From positions 1 to 64,000 of the IMG/VR virus record IMGVR_UViG_2974541498_000001: a DNA stretch of 64,000 nucleotides; one strand, 5' to 3'. Made by a program: the position numbers and the translations under genes. Positions 29,277 through 39,861 of this stretch are shown in pieces. This DNA is from a virus (Duplodnaviria > Caudoviricetes). A model generated the notes under the pieces. The model was not told the DNA's origin. It did not search any database and saw nothing but the letters and a program-made list of their open reading frames with translations. Each line of letters starts with the position of its first letter. Within the stretch, counting starts at the first letter, position 1.

Positions 29277-29333
29277 CTCCTTTATTTCAATAATAAACTA
29301 AAAAGGCGCCTATGTCAAGGCACCTATTACTAA

Positions 29334-29765
29334 TTATCCCTTCATATTTAAATCAATTTTAGCGGTTACGGGGATATCTCGGAACGAATCATCTGGAATG
29401 TGTATATAGGCGTCTAACATTGCCCAAGTATGATTAATTTTATTAATATCTGATTTGCTGACACGATTATCGATAAGTGTTAATTCCATATTATTATTTA
29501 AAATTGTAATTATCGGATAATTTGGATCACTGTGTATTTTCCTTTTAACATTACTAGACTTACCAATTTTTGATAGTTTACTATAGTAGCTGTATAGAAG
29601 GGTACTAATATCTTTGGTTAATAAAGCATTTTCATTAACCACATCCGATTCATTCTTAAAAAGCTTCTTTAAAAGGCTCTCAAAGATATTATTCAATTCA
29701 GCATTTAACCTATTTCTAGTAGCTAAAAGTAATTGTATCTTTGTAAAAGTTGCAGAATATTCCAT
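29334..29765 (-). CDS. hypothetical protein
   Basis: ORF; RBS. Confidence 0.7.
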   Translation of the reverse strand: MEYSATFTKIQLLLATRNRLNAELNNIFESLLKKLFKNESDVVNENALLTKDISTLLYSYYSKLSKIGKSSNVKRKIHSDPNYPIITILNNNMELTLIDNRVSKSDINKINHTWAMLDAYIHIPDDSFRDIPVTAKIDLNMKG

Positions 29766-29773
29766 ATTAATAA

Positions 29774-30292
29774 CTATTCATCCTCCTCAACTAAAGTCTT
29801 ACCATGCTCAGCTACTTTTGCTTGAAATTCCCCATCTGGAAGAGTTTTAATATACTTGATTAGTTCCTTATACTCTTCCTCTGTAAAGTATACATTCAAA
29901 TCCCCTTTTAGCGCATTTTTAGAGTTATAAATATCCACTAAAAAACCAAAAGGATTTTTTGTCCAAGCTTCGATTGGGTATTCTTCATACTCGTTATTAC
30001 TATTATTAACAATAATTACATTATACTTATTTTTCTTAAATCGCTTATCTACTGGAGTCATAGCAAATTCGGCGGCTAACATCCACAATTTATTACTATA
30101 AGGTAATCGATAAAAATCAGACCGTTCTATAGTAACCACAAATTGGTATTGAAGATTAGTATTTATACGTAATACAGTATTTCCTTTATAGGATACCCAT
30201 AGTTTTGGGCCAGTAATACTACTATCTATTTCATAAAAAGAATAATTATCACTTAGCTTCATAATTTCTTTTTTTAATTCTGTCTCCAACAT
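29774..30292 (-). CDS. hypothetical protein (LA.TP..KR family)
   Basis: 'KLWMLAAEFAMTPVDKR'. Confidence 0.75.
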   Translation of the reverse strand: MLETELKKEIMKLSDNYSFYEIDSSITGPKLWVSYKGNTVLRINTNLQYQFVVTIERSDFYRLPYSNKLWMLAAEFAMTPVDKRFKKNKYNVIIVNNSNNEYEEYPIEAWTKNPFGFLVDIYNSKNALKGDLNVYFTEEEYKELIKYIKTLPDGEFQAKVAEHGKTLVEEDE

Positions 30293-30541
30293 AATAATTC
30301 CTCCTTATTAATTATCTCTATAATAAGGCAATTAAAAAGGAATGTCAAGAGTTACCTTAACATTCCTATACCTAATTTTTAATTCCGTCTATTAGATCAC
30401 CACTAAATAGTAGTGGAGCTATTAACCAGCCACCCCATGCCCCACTACCTGTTTTAGCTACCATGTAATAGACGAATAGTAAAAATACTACCCAAATTAG
30501 TATTAAAGACGCCGTGCATAATAGTTTTATAAACTTCTCCA

Positions 30542-31003
30542 TTATTTTTTGCCTTTCCTATTGTCGATATTGACACTTGAATTACTAATATTATTTCCAT
30601 TAAAATTTCTATTAATATTTTTTGAACTGTTAATAGTATGACTATCATCAGATCTGACAACCCATAAAGGTTTTAAGGAAAGCAATATAATTAAGCAAAA
30701 AATTAAGGCAGTACAAATACCAATAGGAATAGTAAATGCTTTAGCATTTAAAACAAATAAATAGAAAGCAACTATTAAAATAAACCCAATAATATTAATA
30801 GGTAAATTTCTCATGCAGAAATGCCCCATATCATCTATTAAATTAAAAACATTCTGAACAGTTATCATTAACAAGCCACTGGCAACCGCAATGACATAAT
30901 TATTTTTAGTCATATAGGGTAACAATACCATAATTAAAATAAGCATAATATCAATAAGTATCCCGACACTTAAAACCATTTTAAAACTCTTAAATTTAAG
31001 CAT
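30542..31003 (-). CDS. membrane protein (4 TM)
   Basis: Hydrophobic segments. Confidence 0.75.
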   Translation of the reverse strand: MLKFKSFKMVLSVGILIDIMLILIMVLLPYMTKNNYVIAVASGLLMITVQNVFNLIDDMGHFCMRNLPINIIGFILIVAFYLFVLNAKAFTIPIGICTALIFCLIILLSLKPLWVVRSDDSHTINSSKNINRNFNGNNISNSSVNIDNRKGKK

Positions 31004-31199
31004 AATGTTCCTCCAATAAAACTAAGTCTTTAATATATGCTAACATCATTAAATTCCAAAAGTCTTTGCTAATGTTCCAAGATCCTGAATCTGTTTGAAT
31101 AGTTACGGCATTATTTTCCTCTTTAACTTCATAGGTGTTTTCTACTCGAAAAGAATGATTGTCAAAATAAAAAGAAACTTTTGGAATTAAAGTATACAT
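30996..31199 (-). CDS. hypothetical protein
   Basis: RBS. Confidence 0.65.
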   Translation of the reverse strand: MYTLIPKVSFYFDNHSFRVENTYEVKEENNAVTIQTDSGSWNISKDFWNLMMLAYIKDLVLLEEHYA

Positions 31200-31208
31200 A
31201 TTGTCCCC

Positions 31209-31544
31209 CTAGTATAATTCAGTAATAAACTTATCAACTAAAGTATTTAAGTTATTCCAATAAGGTAGATTTTCAAAGGAATAGTCAGCAATATAAAAGT
31301 TAGTATTAATCCCGCTTAACTTATATTCTTTAGATCCTTTAACGTGAGGATACTGGGGTAAAAACCGTTTACTTAACTCCAAGTTGACACTCTTATTATC
31401 TAAATGAATGATAAGTAAAATTTTATTTAGCGGCTTACCTTTAATAATTTTCTTTTGATAAACAATAATACTATTATCAATAAATAATGCGGAATATCGG
31501 TGACCCAGTTCATCTACTTTTCTAATAAACTCAGCGGTTTTCAA
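31209..31544 (-). CDS. hypothetical protein
   Basis: AGGAGG RBS; TTG start. Confidence 0.7.
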   Translation of the reverse strand: MKTAEFIRKVDELGHRYSALFIDNSIIVYQKKIIKGKPLNKILLIIHLDNKSVNLELSKRFLPQYPHVKGSKEYKLSGINTNFYIADYSFENLPYWNNLNTLVDKFITELY

Positions 31545-31555
31545 ATTTATTCCTC

Positions 31556-32656
31556 CTAAATATTAAAGCTAAAATCATCAGAACGATTAGGCTTGATAGT
31601 GATCTCATTAATAGCTTCCGGACGTAGCCCAGATTGAACTTTGTCTTTTAATGAATCAAATACTTTAACTCGATTAATATTTTCCCCAGAAACTCTTAAA
31701 CTATCATCTGAAATTTCTAAATTCTCTGATAAGAAGTCAAAATTAATTTCATTTGCTACAATTTTAACAACTTCTGAGAACAAATTAATATTAACATCTA
31801 GCAAGGAATAAATATAACCACTTTCAAATTCGATATTAATATTATAGTCACTATCTGAGAAGTTCATTAAGTTAAGTGATGGAAGTGTTTTCTTAAATTC
31901 ATTACCCATATTTAATTGGAAAGTTAATGCGTCTAAAATATCATAGCTTAGAGGAAACTTAAAGCTAAATTGAATAATTTCTTTGATTTGTTCTTCCCGG
32001 TTACTAACATCTTTATTTAGCTTATCCTCAAGATATTGTTTAATATCATTTGGAGTAGGTTCTTCCATACGGATAGCATACATAAATCTACCAGGTCGAT
32101 TTAATAAGAAAGGTGATAATTCAACAATATCATTTACTGTTAGAACATAAATATTTTTACCTCCAAGAACACCATCAAACAAACTAAGTAGATCATTCTG
32201 AGCGTCTTTATTAGGATCTGTATAGTCATCGCTAAACTTTTTCTCAAACTCATCGAATAGCATAACAGAGGGTTTATCTACTCGCGCTAAGAAATTAGTA
32301 ACGCCTTTTTCATTATTTCCAACAACAATAGTGGGCATACCCAAGTCACGAGCCTTAATTGATAATAATTTAGAGAATACCGTCTTACCGGTTCCTTTAT
32401 CCCCAGATAGAATTACCCCAATACTTTTTTCAGAATTTTTAAAAGCATTAATAACATTATCAACTAATCCTAATTGTGTCCCATAAGTTTTAAACGTAGG
32501 CTTTTCAAACACCTTTGTTCGACTTAAATAGAACCCTACGCCACTCATCGGGTTTTCCCATTCTACAGAATAATTATTATCCATAGGTAAAGAATCAAAG
32601 GCCTTAATCCCATTTGAGTGAATCAATAAATGTTTACCGTCATCTAAAATTTGCAT
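31556..32656 (-). CDS. AAA family ATPase
   Basis: Walker A GDKGTGKT, Walker B MLFDEFEK, arginine finger NRPGRF. Confidence 0.9.
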   Translation of the reverse strand: MQILDDGKHLLIHSNGIKAFDSLPMDNNYSVEWENPMSGVGFYLSRTKVFEKPTFKTYGTQLGLVDNVINAFKNSEKSIGVILSGDKGTGKTVFSKLLSIKARDLGMPTIVVGNNEKGVTNFLARVDKPSVMLFDEFEKKFSDDYTDPNKDAQNDLLSLFDGVLGGKNIYVLTVNDIVELSPFLLNRPGRFMYAIRMEEPTPNDIKQYLEDKLNKDVSNREEQIKEIIQFSFKFPLSYDILDALTFQLNMGNEFKKTLPSLNLMNFSDSDYNINIEFESGYIYSLLDVNINLFSEVVKIVANEINFDFLSENLEISDDSLRVSGENINRVKVFDSLKDKVQSGLRPEAINEITIKPNRSDDFSFNI

Positions 32657-32658
32657 AA

Positions 32659-33063
32659 TTAGCTAATCTCCTTTTCACGATGCTTTCTTCTTAGAGTTTC
32701 AAACGGTGTTTCTTTCACGGGATCTTTATTCTTTTTCCTTTTCCTTAAATTTCTAATTCGAACATTAGATAGATTAGCCCTACCATACCCTCTCCTGTCT
32801 AAATATAGACACTTTGTTTGACTAATAGGTCTAAATGAGAGAGAATTACCCATTTTCTCCCTAAGCTTTCTACATAAAAAGTTTTCTTCTTGATAGCTAT
32901 CAAACTTAGGTATACGCCCCAAATAAAAGAAATAAGGGGGATCACTAATAGTATGAATTCTAAGAAAAGATTCTTTATCAAAATACAGTAGGTGCTCTGC
33001 ATAGTCTTTAGAACATGCTTCCCAGTTACCATTTTGATTTGTTATTTTTATGGCATATTGCAT
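32659..33063 (-). CDS. hypothetical protein
   Basis: Operon gene. Confidence 0.6.
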   Translation of the reverse strand: MQYAIKITNQNGNWEACSKDYAEHLLYFDKESFLRIHTISDPPYFFYLGRIPKFDSYQEENFLCRKLREKMGNSLSFRPISQTKCLYLDRRGYGRANLSNVRIRNLRKRKKNKDPVKETPFETLRRKHREKEIS

Positions 33064-33064
33064 C

Positions 33065-33271
33065 TCATTTCTCCTTATAATAAATCAAATAAGTTTCCTT
33101 AACCTTTCCGAATAAATAAATGTATTTCTTATGATTAATCTTAGCAAGCTCTTCTATACCCCTAAGAGCTTCATCAGGGTCTTTTAAAGTGTTCGTATAC
33201 CAAGTATACCCTTTTGATTTAAACCAGTGTGAGGCGTCTCCTAGGGACTTAAATTCTTTAAAATTTGACAT
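33065..33271 (-). CDS. hypothetical protein
   Basis: RBS. Confidence 0.65.
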   Translation of the reverse strand: MSNFKEFKSLGDASHWFKSKGYTWYTNTLKDPDEALRGIEELAKINHKKYIYLFGKVKETYLIYYKEK

Positions 33272-33596
33272 TGATTCCCTCTAAAGTATTCTTATCCTGA
33301 TTAGTCTCCGGTTCATAACCTTTCTTAATTAAACTTTCAATATAATACTTATTATAAAGGTACCCTAGAGAAGTCCAATAAGCAAAGTATAGAATAAGGC
33401 AAGATAAGGGAGATACTGCCGAGGCAACAATAGATACCACAATATTTCCTGCTAGAATAATTAAAGCTCCGAGCCAATCCTTACGGAATAAAGCTGGAAT
33501 CATTCCAAAGAAAAAGGTTGTCCAAGAGAATCCTACTGGTGCCTGTACTTTATCCAAAATAGTTCCGTTCATAAATTTAACTAAATATACTTTCAT
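33258..33596 (-). CDS. DUF2628-like membrane protein
   Basis: 'APVGFSWTTFFFGMIPALFRKDW...YNKYYIESLIKKGY'. Confidence 0.7.
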   Translation of the reverse strand: MKVYLVKFMNGTILDKVQAPVGFSWTTFFFGMIPALFRKDWLGALIILAGNIVVSIVASAVSPLSCLILYFAYWTSLGYLYNKYYIESLIKKGYEPETNQDKNTLEGINVKF

Positions 33597-33610
33597 AATT
33601 TTCTCCTTTT

Positions 33611-35179
33611 CTAAGCTGACTTAACAGTGCTTAATACATTAGAAACCTTACTATCTCTTTCATTAATTACCTTAACATAATTATCAGATAATTTCAAGAT
33701 ATCTTCTTTAAACTTCGCATGATATTCACTAGGATGCTTAATAGGAAGAACAGCGCTATACTTATCAAAATATTCCCAATTATTAGTAACTGCCCCACCA
33801 ATATTATTTTTATAAGAAATTCCTCGACTACTGCACCAAGTATATAATAATTGTTGTTGGAGTTCTGTAAGATCTGCATCAAAAGTACCATATGCCTGAA
33901 CTAAAGTATTATTATTAACTTCTACAGTAACCCAAGACTTATCAATGTCTGACTTCTTACGTAGGAATAGAATATTAGTCTTACCATCCGCAACAGACTT
34001 AGCGTAAGAAGCTACACAATTACTATTATTACTGCCTTCTTCTGAAATTTCATTTGCATTAAAAGCATCAATAATAAAGTATTCTCCAATCATAGCGTCA
34101 TACTTGCTTTGATTAGCTTTCCAATAGGCAGATACTTTATTATTAAGATTGCCATCTTGAAGAATACTATAATTTTGCGCAACCACATCATGTGCCGTTT
34201 TAAGATACCTTGGGTACTTAGGAGCATTTTTAAATTCCTCGGTCATATTATAGTAGTCATTAAGAATACCTGATGCTTCTTCTATACTAGGGATACCTTG
34301 TTGATGGTAACAGCTACCATATAAATACTTAAATAATCCTTTAACAGTTGTCTTATCATTATCAATAACTTTCCGAATATTGCTTACATAGTAGTCGTTT
34401 TTCCAAAAACTTGTAATTACAGCAAGGATATTATCCTTAATATATTCTTCCCCATCATGATAACCACGTTGCTTATCCACTTGAAGAACAGTGTTAATAA
34501 AGCTAGAAGCAGGTTTATTTAAAGCATCTGTTTTCCCTACATCTTTATAATATGTGGAGGATAAGTTTAACAGTCTGTTGATATAGTGTAAATTTAAAGT
34601 TAGAAGCCGTGTATAGATATCCTTATTAATGGAATTAAGAGCTTTATTAATTGTACCAAATTTTCTAGTGTTATCTACAATATTATAAAGATCCTCTGAT
34701 ATCCCATGAAGCCGATTGTTAAAGTTTTGATATGGATATAGTTCCTTAAACACTTGTTCAAAATTAGGATGCTTCTGAATTCCCCGATAAATACCTCTAC
34801 CAATGTTTTCTTCTTCATTATAGCTATCGCCATAGCAAATTCCCATGGAGTAAAACATATTAAGATCAATATTATCAGTATTACTAAAAGCATTACCATA
34901 ATCAAATAGCTTATTAAGGGTGGTCACAGACATCTTTAATCGTTTACCAGAAACTCCTTCAACAAAGAAACTTCTATTAACTAAATCAATAACAAACCCA
35001 AAGTATTTATATTTAGCCTTCCCATTTTCATACTCATTATATAATCGAGAAAAACCAGAGAATAAACCTTTTTCTTTTGTGTAGAACTTAATACTATACG
35101 TATCCGAGGAATAGTCGCAGTCACTATTAAGAAACTTATCAATAGCTACCTTTTTATCTTTAGCAGTAATATTTTTCAT
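33611..35179 (-). CDS. PcfJ-domain protein
   Basis: 'DYYNM...YPRYLKTAHD...EGSNNSNCVASY...ILFLRKK...VTVEV'. Confidence 0.8.
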   Translation of the reverse strand: MKNITAKDKKVAIDKFLNSDCDYSSDTYSIKFYTKEKGLFSGFSRLYNEYENGKAKYKYFGFVIDLVNRSFFVEGVSGKRLKMSVTTLNKLFDYGNAFSNTDNIDLNMFYSMGICYGDSYNEEENIGRGIYRGIQKHPNFEQVFKELYPYQNFNNRLHGISEDLYNIVDNTRKFGTINKALNSINKDIYTRLLTLNLHYINRLLNLSSTYYKDVGKTDALNKPASSFINTVLQVDKQRGYHDGEEYIKDNILAVITSFWKNDYYVSNIRKVIDNDKTTVKGLFKYLYGSCYHQQGIPSIEEASGILNDYYNMTEEFKNAPKYPRYLKTAHDVVAQNYSILQDGNLNNKVSAYWKANQSKYDAMIGEYFIIDAFNANEISEEGSNNSNCVASYAKSVADGKTNILFLRKKSDIDKSWVTVEVNNNTLVQAYGTFDADLTELQQQLLYTWCSSRGISYKNNIGGAVTNNWEYFDKYSAVLPIKHPSEYHAKFKEDILKLSDNYVKVINERDSKVSNVLSTVKSA

Positions 35180-35250
35180 ACAAGCATCTCCTTTAATAAA
35201 CCAATTATAGCATAATAAAAAGGAACGTCAATAGACATCCCCAATTTAAT

Positions 35251-35751
35251 TTAAAAATTATATAACATTTCTTGAGTTCTCATAGGGAATCCAAGGCTAT
35301 CTGGGGTAACTTGATACACTTCTGGATACTTTTCTTTATCATCCTTAGTATATCCCTTAGCTTCTTTAAACTTTTCTTCAAGATCGGTTGTATCCATATC
35401 AAGGGTTTTTATATTGAAAACCATGGTAGCAAATTCAAAATACGTTTTTAATATATCAATAATAACATAAGTTTTATACTGATTAATATAAACGCTTCCT
35501 GGGCGTGGGATACCATAATATTTATAGTCTGGAGTAAGTCGAATAGTCATATCTTGACTTCTATTAACTTCTACTTCATCACTAATTAATAGGGTATATT
35601 CATGCTTAATAGTAGGATCAATTTGTGTAACTTCCTGATCCAAAATATAAATGACTACATATGCTTTATCATCTAATACAACAATATCCCCTCTAGAAAC
35701 CGTATCTTGATAACCTGTTATTTCTTCTGTTCTTACAATATAATGATCCAA
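35251..35751 (-). CDS. hypothetical protein
   Basis: RBS; TTG start. Confidence 0.7.
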   Translation of the reverse strand: MDHYIVRTEEITGYQDTVSRGDIVVLDDKAYVVIYILDQEVTQIDPTIKHEYTLLISDEVEVNRSQDMTIRLTPDYKYYGIPRPGSVYINQYKTYVIIDILKTYFEFATMVFNIKTLDMDTTDLEEKFKEAKGYTKDDKEKYPEVYQVTPDSLGFPMRTQEMLYNF

Positions 35752-35763
35752 GTTTATACCCCC

Positions 35764-36918
35764 TTAAAAGGCCATTTTATTATACTTTTGATAAGGTTCA
35801 ATCTTAATGAAGGATAAAATATCCTTTAGATTATCAGACATATAACGGTTAGTAGTCGTTAAGTCCTTTACATTAATAATTAAATCCCCTTCCTTTTCAT
35901 GCAAACTATTCAGAGGAGCATTTAGAACCATAGAGAATTCTGAATCCCCATCTAAACTATCCTTAACCTCTTTTGATAAGGGAACATCATTAGTAGCAAA
36001 AGTTAAGTCCAAGGCAATAGGATTACCTGATAGATCACAGGAATTCCACCCATGATCCTTTAATCCATGGAACGGAATAACCTTATTGTTGCTTAAATGT
36101 ACTTCTACATTATATAGCATTTCATTATTTTCTTGGTCAATATTCAAGTCATTAATAACATCCTTAAAGTCGCCACCCATGTTAAGCTCGAAGGCGATAG
36201 CAGTTAAGCAATCAAAGTTTAACCGAATACGCTTGCTAAATAAGGCAACTTCTGGAATTTGGTCCCAATACTGCTTATCTAGCTTATCCTTCAAGAAGTC
36301 AGATAGTTCTTTTTCTTCAGGGTAATTGAACTTAAAATGGTAGTGGAAACGACCAGGACGATTTAATAAATATTCACTAATAAGATAAGTCTTATTGAGT
36401 GTAATAACAAATAGCTTCTTTCCTCGGCTAGTCCCGTCAAAAACGGGTAATAGCATATCTTGAGTAGTAGGTAATTCATCATCAGAATCTCCATCTTCAT
36501 CTTGTGGGAATACCTTATCAAATTCATCAAATAAGACCATTACTTCTTGGTCGATACTTTGAATAAAATCAGGTAGCCCCGGAGTTGACTGAGTTACTAG
36601 AATAACTGGGATATTATTACTAATACACTTTTCTGCTAGTACTCGGGCGAATAGTGATTTACCAATACCCTTAGCACCACTTAGCATAATACCAAAATTT
36701 TTATTAGATTTGTTAAATGACTTCATGACTTTATTAGACTTTTCCTGTTGATCCCCGTAAACTTTTGTTTTTACTTCAAGATCCTTAATCTTTGATAAAG
36801 AATATCCAGTCTTACTATTAAAGTTAATTCGATAAGTCCCTGTGGGCAAGTTAGTAAGAGAGTTAATAACATCTCCCTCAAAAATAGTATAAACGTTGTC
36901 TTGTTGAATAATTTGCAT
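35764..36918 (-). CDS. AAA family ATPase (paralog of 31556-32656)
   Basis: GAKGIGKS, VLFDEFDK, NRPGRF. Confidence 0.9.
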   Translation of the reverse strand: MQIIQQDNVYTIFEGDVINSLTNLPTGTYRINFNSKTGYSLSKIKDLEVKTKVYGDQQEKSNKVMKSFNKSNKNFGIMLSGAKGIGKSLFARVLAEKCISNNIPVILVTQSTPGLPDFIQSIDQEVMVLFDEFDKVFPQDEDGDSDDELPTTQDMLLPVFDGTSRGKKLFVITLNKTYLISEYLLNRPGRFHYHFKFNYPEEKELSDFLKDKLDKQYWDQIPEVALFSKRIRLNFDCLTAIAFELNMGGDFKDVINDLNIDQENNEMLYNVEVHLSNNKVIPFHGLKDHGWNSCDLSGNPIALDLTFATNDVPLSKEVKDSLDGDSEFSMVLNAPLNSLHEKEGDLIINVKDLTTTNRYMSDNLKDILSFIKIEPYQKYNKMAF

Positions 36919-37022
36919 ATCTATTTCTCCTTTATTTTAGGATTAACCTAATTAATATATTTATTATAGCATTTAAAGCAATAATAGTCAATAAAAAATC
37001 CCCAACTAAGGGGATTTAATAA

Positions 37023-38066
37023 TTATACATCAAACACATTTTTTAAATAAAATGCGTTACTATCATCAGAAGTGTAAATAACAAACGCTTTATTACCAGT
37101 TGTGAAGAAATAATATTGTAAACGTTCATTATTAGACTTCAATTTATTTAATTCAAAATCTTCTTTTTCATCAGTCACTAGCATTCTATCTAAGGAAATC
37201 GAGTAGGGTAACTGGTTATCCCCATCAAGGGGAGTTTTATCATATAGTGGGAATCTTTTATCCAATAGAGTGAAGTGATCTTCTTCTGGGAATTTACTAA
37301 TAATATATTTTACACCATCAACATAATAATGATAATATTTAGGGTCAATAAAGGTACCATTATTAGCATCTGATAATAAATCATATCCCACCTCTGCGTC
37401 ATCCATGTAAGGAATTTTTACAACCATTTCCTTTAAGAATACTCGCCCATTTTGTGGGTCATCTTCAATAGGACATCCTTCATCATAAGAATCTTTAAGG
37501 GGCTTATTACTATTATAACGATTATAGGCATCCTTTAAATAGTCTGTAATATCTTGAGTTGACATATCTTTACTAAAAGCATCATTAAAGGCTTCTGTGA
37601 AGTGTGTAACATCCCCTGGAAGTAACCCATAAACAAGAACATTCCCATCTTTATCAATATCTACCTCAGCGTCTTCTAAACCCCAATCATAGAGATTATC
37701 GGAAATATCATCGGCTTCTTTAATGTCTAAAGCAAATACGCTAACAGAATCTTCGGAGCTGTCATCATTATCTGACTCTTCTAAATTATCTGAATCTTCT
37801 AATTCAGATTCGTCAATTCCAAAAGCCTTAGCATACATGTTAGTCACATATTTTAGAAATTCATTGGCTTCTTCTAAGTCTTTATTTAATTCAGTAGCTG
37901 ATTTCTTACTACTATTCTTTCCGTCCTTAGTAGGACCCTTTGCACTAGAATCATCTAACATATTAATAATGTTATTTGCACTAGATGACTGATTAGAGTC
38001 CATAGGGGTGCTATCGAGATATTTCTTTAGAAGATCCTTTAATTGATTCTTTTCTTGTTTTTCCAT
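37023..38066 (-). CDS. acidic hypothetical protein
   Basis: 347 aa, D/E/S-rich; AGGAGG RBS. Confidence 0.8.
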   Translation of the reverse strand: MEKQEKNQLKDLLKKYLDSTPMDSNQSSSANNIINMLDDSSAKGPTKDGKNSSKKSATELNKDLEEANEFLKYVTNMYAKAFGIDESELEDSDNLEESDNDDSSEDSVSVFALDIKEADDISDNLYDWGLEDAEVDIDKDGNVLVYGLLPGDVTHFTEAFNDAFSKDMSTQDITDYLKDAYNRYNSNKPLKDSYDEGCPIEDDPQNGRVFLKEMVVKIPYMDDAEVGYDLLSDANNGTFIDPKYYHYYVDGVKYIISKFPEEDHFTLLDKRFPLYDKTPLDGDNQLPYSISLDRMLVTDEKEDFELNKLKSNNERLQYYFFTTGNKAFVIYTSDDSNAFYLKNVFDV

Positions 38067-38075
38067 GATTTCCTC

Positions 38076-38408
38076 CTAATTAAACGAAACAATACCAATA
38101 GACTTTTCAACCTGATTACCAGCAAGCTTTTCTTTATAAATAGACAAATTCATGCCAAGTTTATCAGTAATCTTTTCTAATAAATCCAGATTATTATTTA
38201 AAATATCTGACAATTCTTCATACTTATTATAGTCATTTAAGCTTAATTCCTGCTTATTTACATGCTTATAATAAGCTTCTTTATATTCATCAAAAGATAA
38301 AGGAATATCACTCATAATAAAGTTAAGTCCTTTACCCCCAAATAACTGATTGAAATAGTTAATCTTAGAAAATTCCTGTAGTGCTTCTTCTTTTTCCATT
38401 ACTGACAT
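38076..38408 (-). CDS. hypothetical protein
   Basis: Operon gene. Confidence 0.7.
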   Translation of the reverse strand: MSVMEKEEALQEFSKINYFNQLFGGKGLNFIMSDIPLSFDEYKEAYYKHVNKQELSLNDYNKYEELSDILNNNLDLLEKITDKLGMNLSIYKEKLAGNQVEKSIGIVSFN

Positions 38409-38412
38409 CTCC

Positions 38413-38703
38413 TTAGTTATTGCTACCGATAACTAGTTTCGCTGGAACTTTATACCATAATTTATCTACATAAAAAAGGAAATTTTTGTTGTGAATCTTA
38501 TTATCCTTTAAAGAGAATACAGGGATTACCATATTATCCATACTACGAGAGTTATCTTCCGTATCTTTAAAAAATGAAGGAAGAATAATTACTGTTTCTC
38601 CCGTTTTGTTGTTATGCATAACATCCCCGGAGTGGAACTTCTCATCTTCAATCTCTCTAGTGATTTGACTTTCTTTAGCTCCTAAATTGCTTACTACTTT
38701 CAT
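38413..38703 (-). CDS. hypothetical protein (VGD..AEL family)
   Basis: 'MKVVSN...FHSGDVM...WYKVPAKLVIG'. Confidence 0.65.
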   Translation of the reverse strand: MKVVSNLGAKESQITREIEDEKFHSGDVMHNNKTGETVIILPSFFKDTEDNSRSMDNMVIPVFSLKDNKIHNKNFLFYVDKLWYKVPAKLVIGSNN

Positions 38704-38757
38704 TGCTAGCATCTCCTTAGTTATTATACTAACAGGTATTCCAATAGTTGTCAATGA

Positions 38758-39402
38758 TTAATCAGTACTTCCGAATCCACCAGTTCTATCACCATCAGCA
38801 GAATCATCATCTGTAAGATAATACTTCTGAAAAATACCTTGGCCTAACTTATCCCCAGCATGAATAACATAAGGAAAAGTTGAAATATTATACCAAGGAA
38901 ATTTAATAGTTCCCGGATAATCTGCATCAACTACCCCAGATCCATTAGCCAATACTAACCCTTTTTTAGAAGGATTGCTTGATCGGTTATACATAATTAA
39001 TGTCATATCTTCTGGCATATTAACCTTAATACCTGTATCTACTAATACTGGGGAAACAGCCTTGCTTAATACATCATAATAGCGACTAATATATCCGGAT
39101 AATACAGAATCCTTTGGAACAACCTTATCAATTTCTTCCTTTGCTACTAGATATAGCATAGAAAGATTAATTCCCTGCTCTGTTAATTTTGAACTTAAAC
39201 TAGTTAGCTCTGGTCCAATATCATTAAACTCTTTTTGAGATAAAGATGCTAAAAAGTTCTTGAAGTTGTCTAGCCCTAACATTGGCGGGATTACTTTATC
39301 CTCTGTAGAATAGAAGTCATAACCCGCAGAATACTTTGTTGCTCTTTCTGGTAAAATAGCCTTATCATTATCTGATTCAAAATAAATTTTATTACTAATC
39401 AT
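38758..39402 (-). CDS. dut: trimeric dUTPase with long insertion
   Basis: Motifs AGYDF, RSS, GVVDADY, GDKLGQ, RTGGFGST; RBS before ATG39402. Confidence 0.92.
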   Translation of the reverse strand: MISNKIYFESDNDKAILPERATKYSAGYDFYSTEDKVIPPMLGLDNFKNFLASLSQKEFNDIGPELTSLSSKLTEQGINLSMLYLVAKEEIDKVVPKDSVLSGYISRYYDVLSKAVSPVLVDTGIKVNMPEDMTLIMYNRSSNPSKKGLVLANGSGVVDADYPGTIKFPWYNISTFPYVIHAGDKLGQGIFQKYYLTDDDSADGDRTGGFGSTD

Positions 39403-39673
39403 TTTCTTCCTCCTTGATATGATTATATAAGTTTTCAAACTCAGTATCAATATTAGATACTTCAATGGCAAGCTTATTAATATCTGTAATATCCTTTTTA
39501 TCCTTCAAGGTATCTTTAGCCATATACTGAATAGCTTGGGCTAATGTATTAAAATAACGATTACTTGCTGATGAAAAGATATATTTATTAGCCTTTTTGC
39601 TAAATATCTTCTTAGTAATGATATAATTATAAGGATCTGTAGTAATCCGATAATTTTCATATTCTAAATTCAT
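39395..39673 (-). CDS. hypothetical protein
   Basis: 'YRITTDPYNYII...RYFNTLAQAI' common phage family. Confidence 0.75.
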   Translation of the reverse strand: MNLEYENYRITTDPYNYIITKKIFSKKANKYIFSSASNRYFNTLAQAIQYMAKDTLKDKKDITDINKLAIEVSNIDTEFENLYNHIKEEEND

Positions 39674-39743
39674 AACAATCCCTCCTTTTGTTTTATTATA
39701 TAATAAAAATAGAGGACTGTCAATCCTCTCTTTTTATTAATTC

Positions 39744-39848
39744 CTATGCTATGCTATGCCTTCCTAGATATTTGGTAAACCCGTCTGCTTCGGTATTCTG
39801 GTAAGCCGTAATGTACCCGTCCTTGTCATACGTGATATAAATATACAT
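39744..39848 (-). pseudogene. truncated tail-fibre chaperone-like remnant
   Basis: RBS plus MYIYITYDKDGYITAYQNTEADG in GC-richer DNA, ending abruptly. Confidence 0.45.
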
Positions 39849-39861
39849 TTTATTATCCTTT

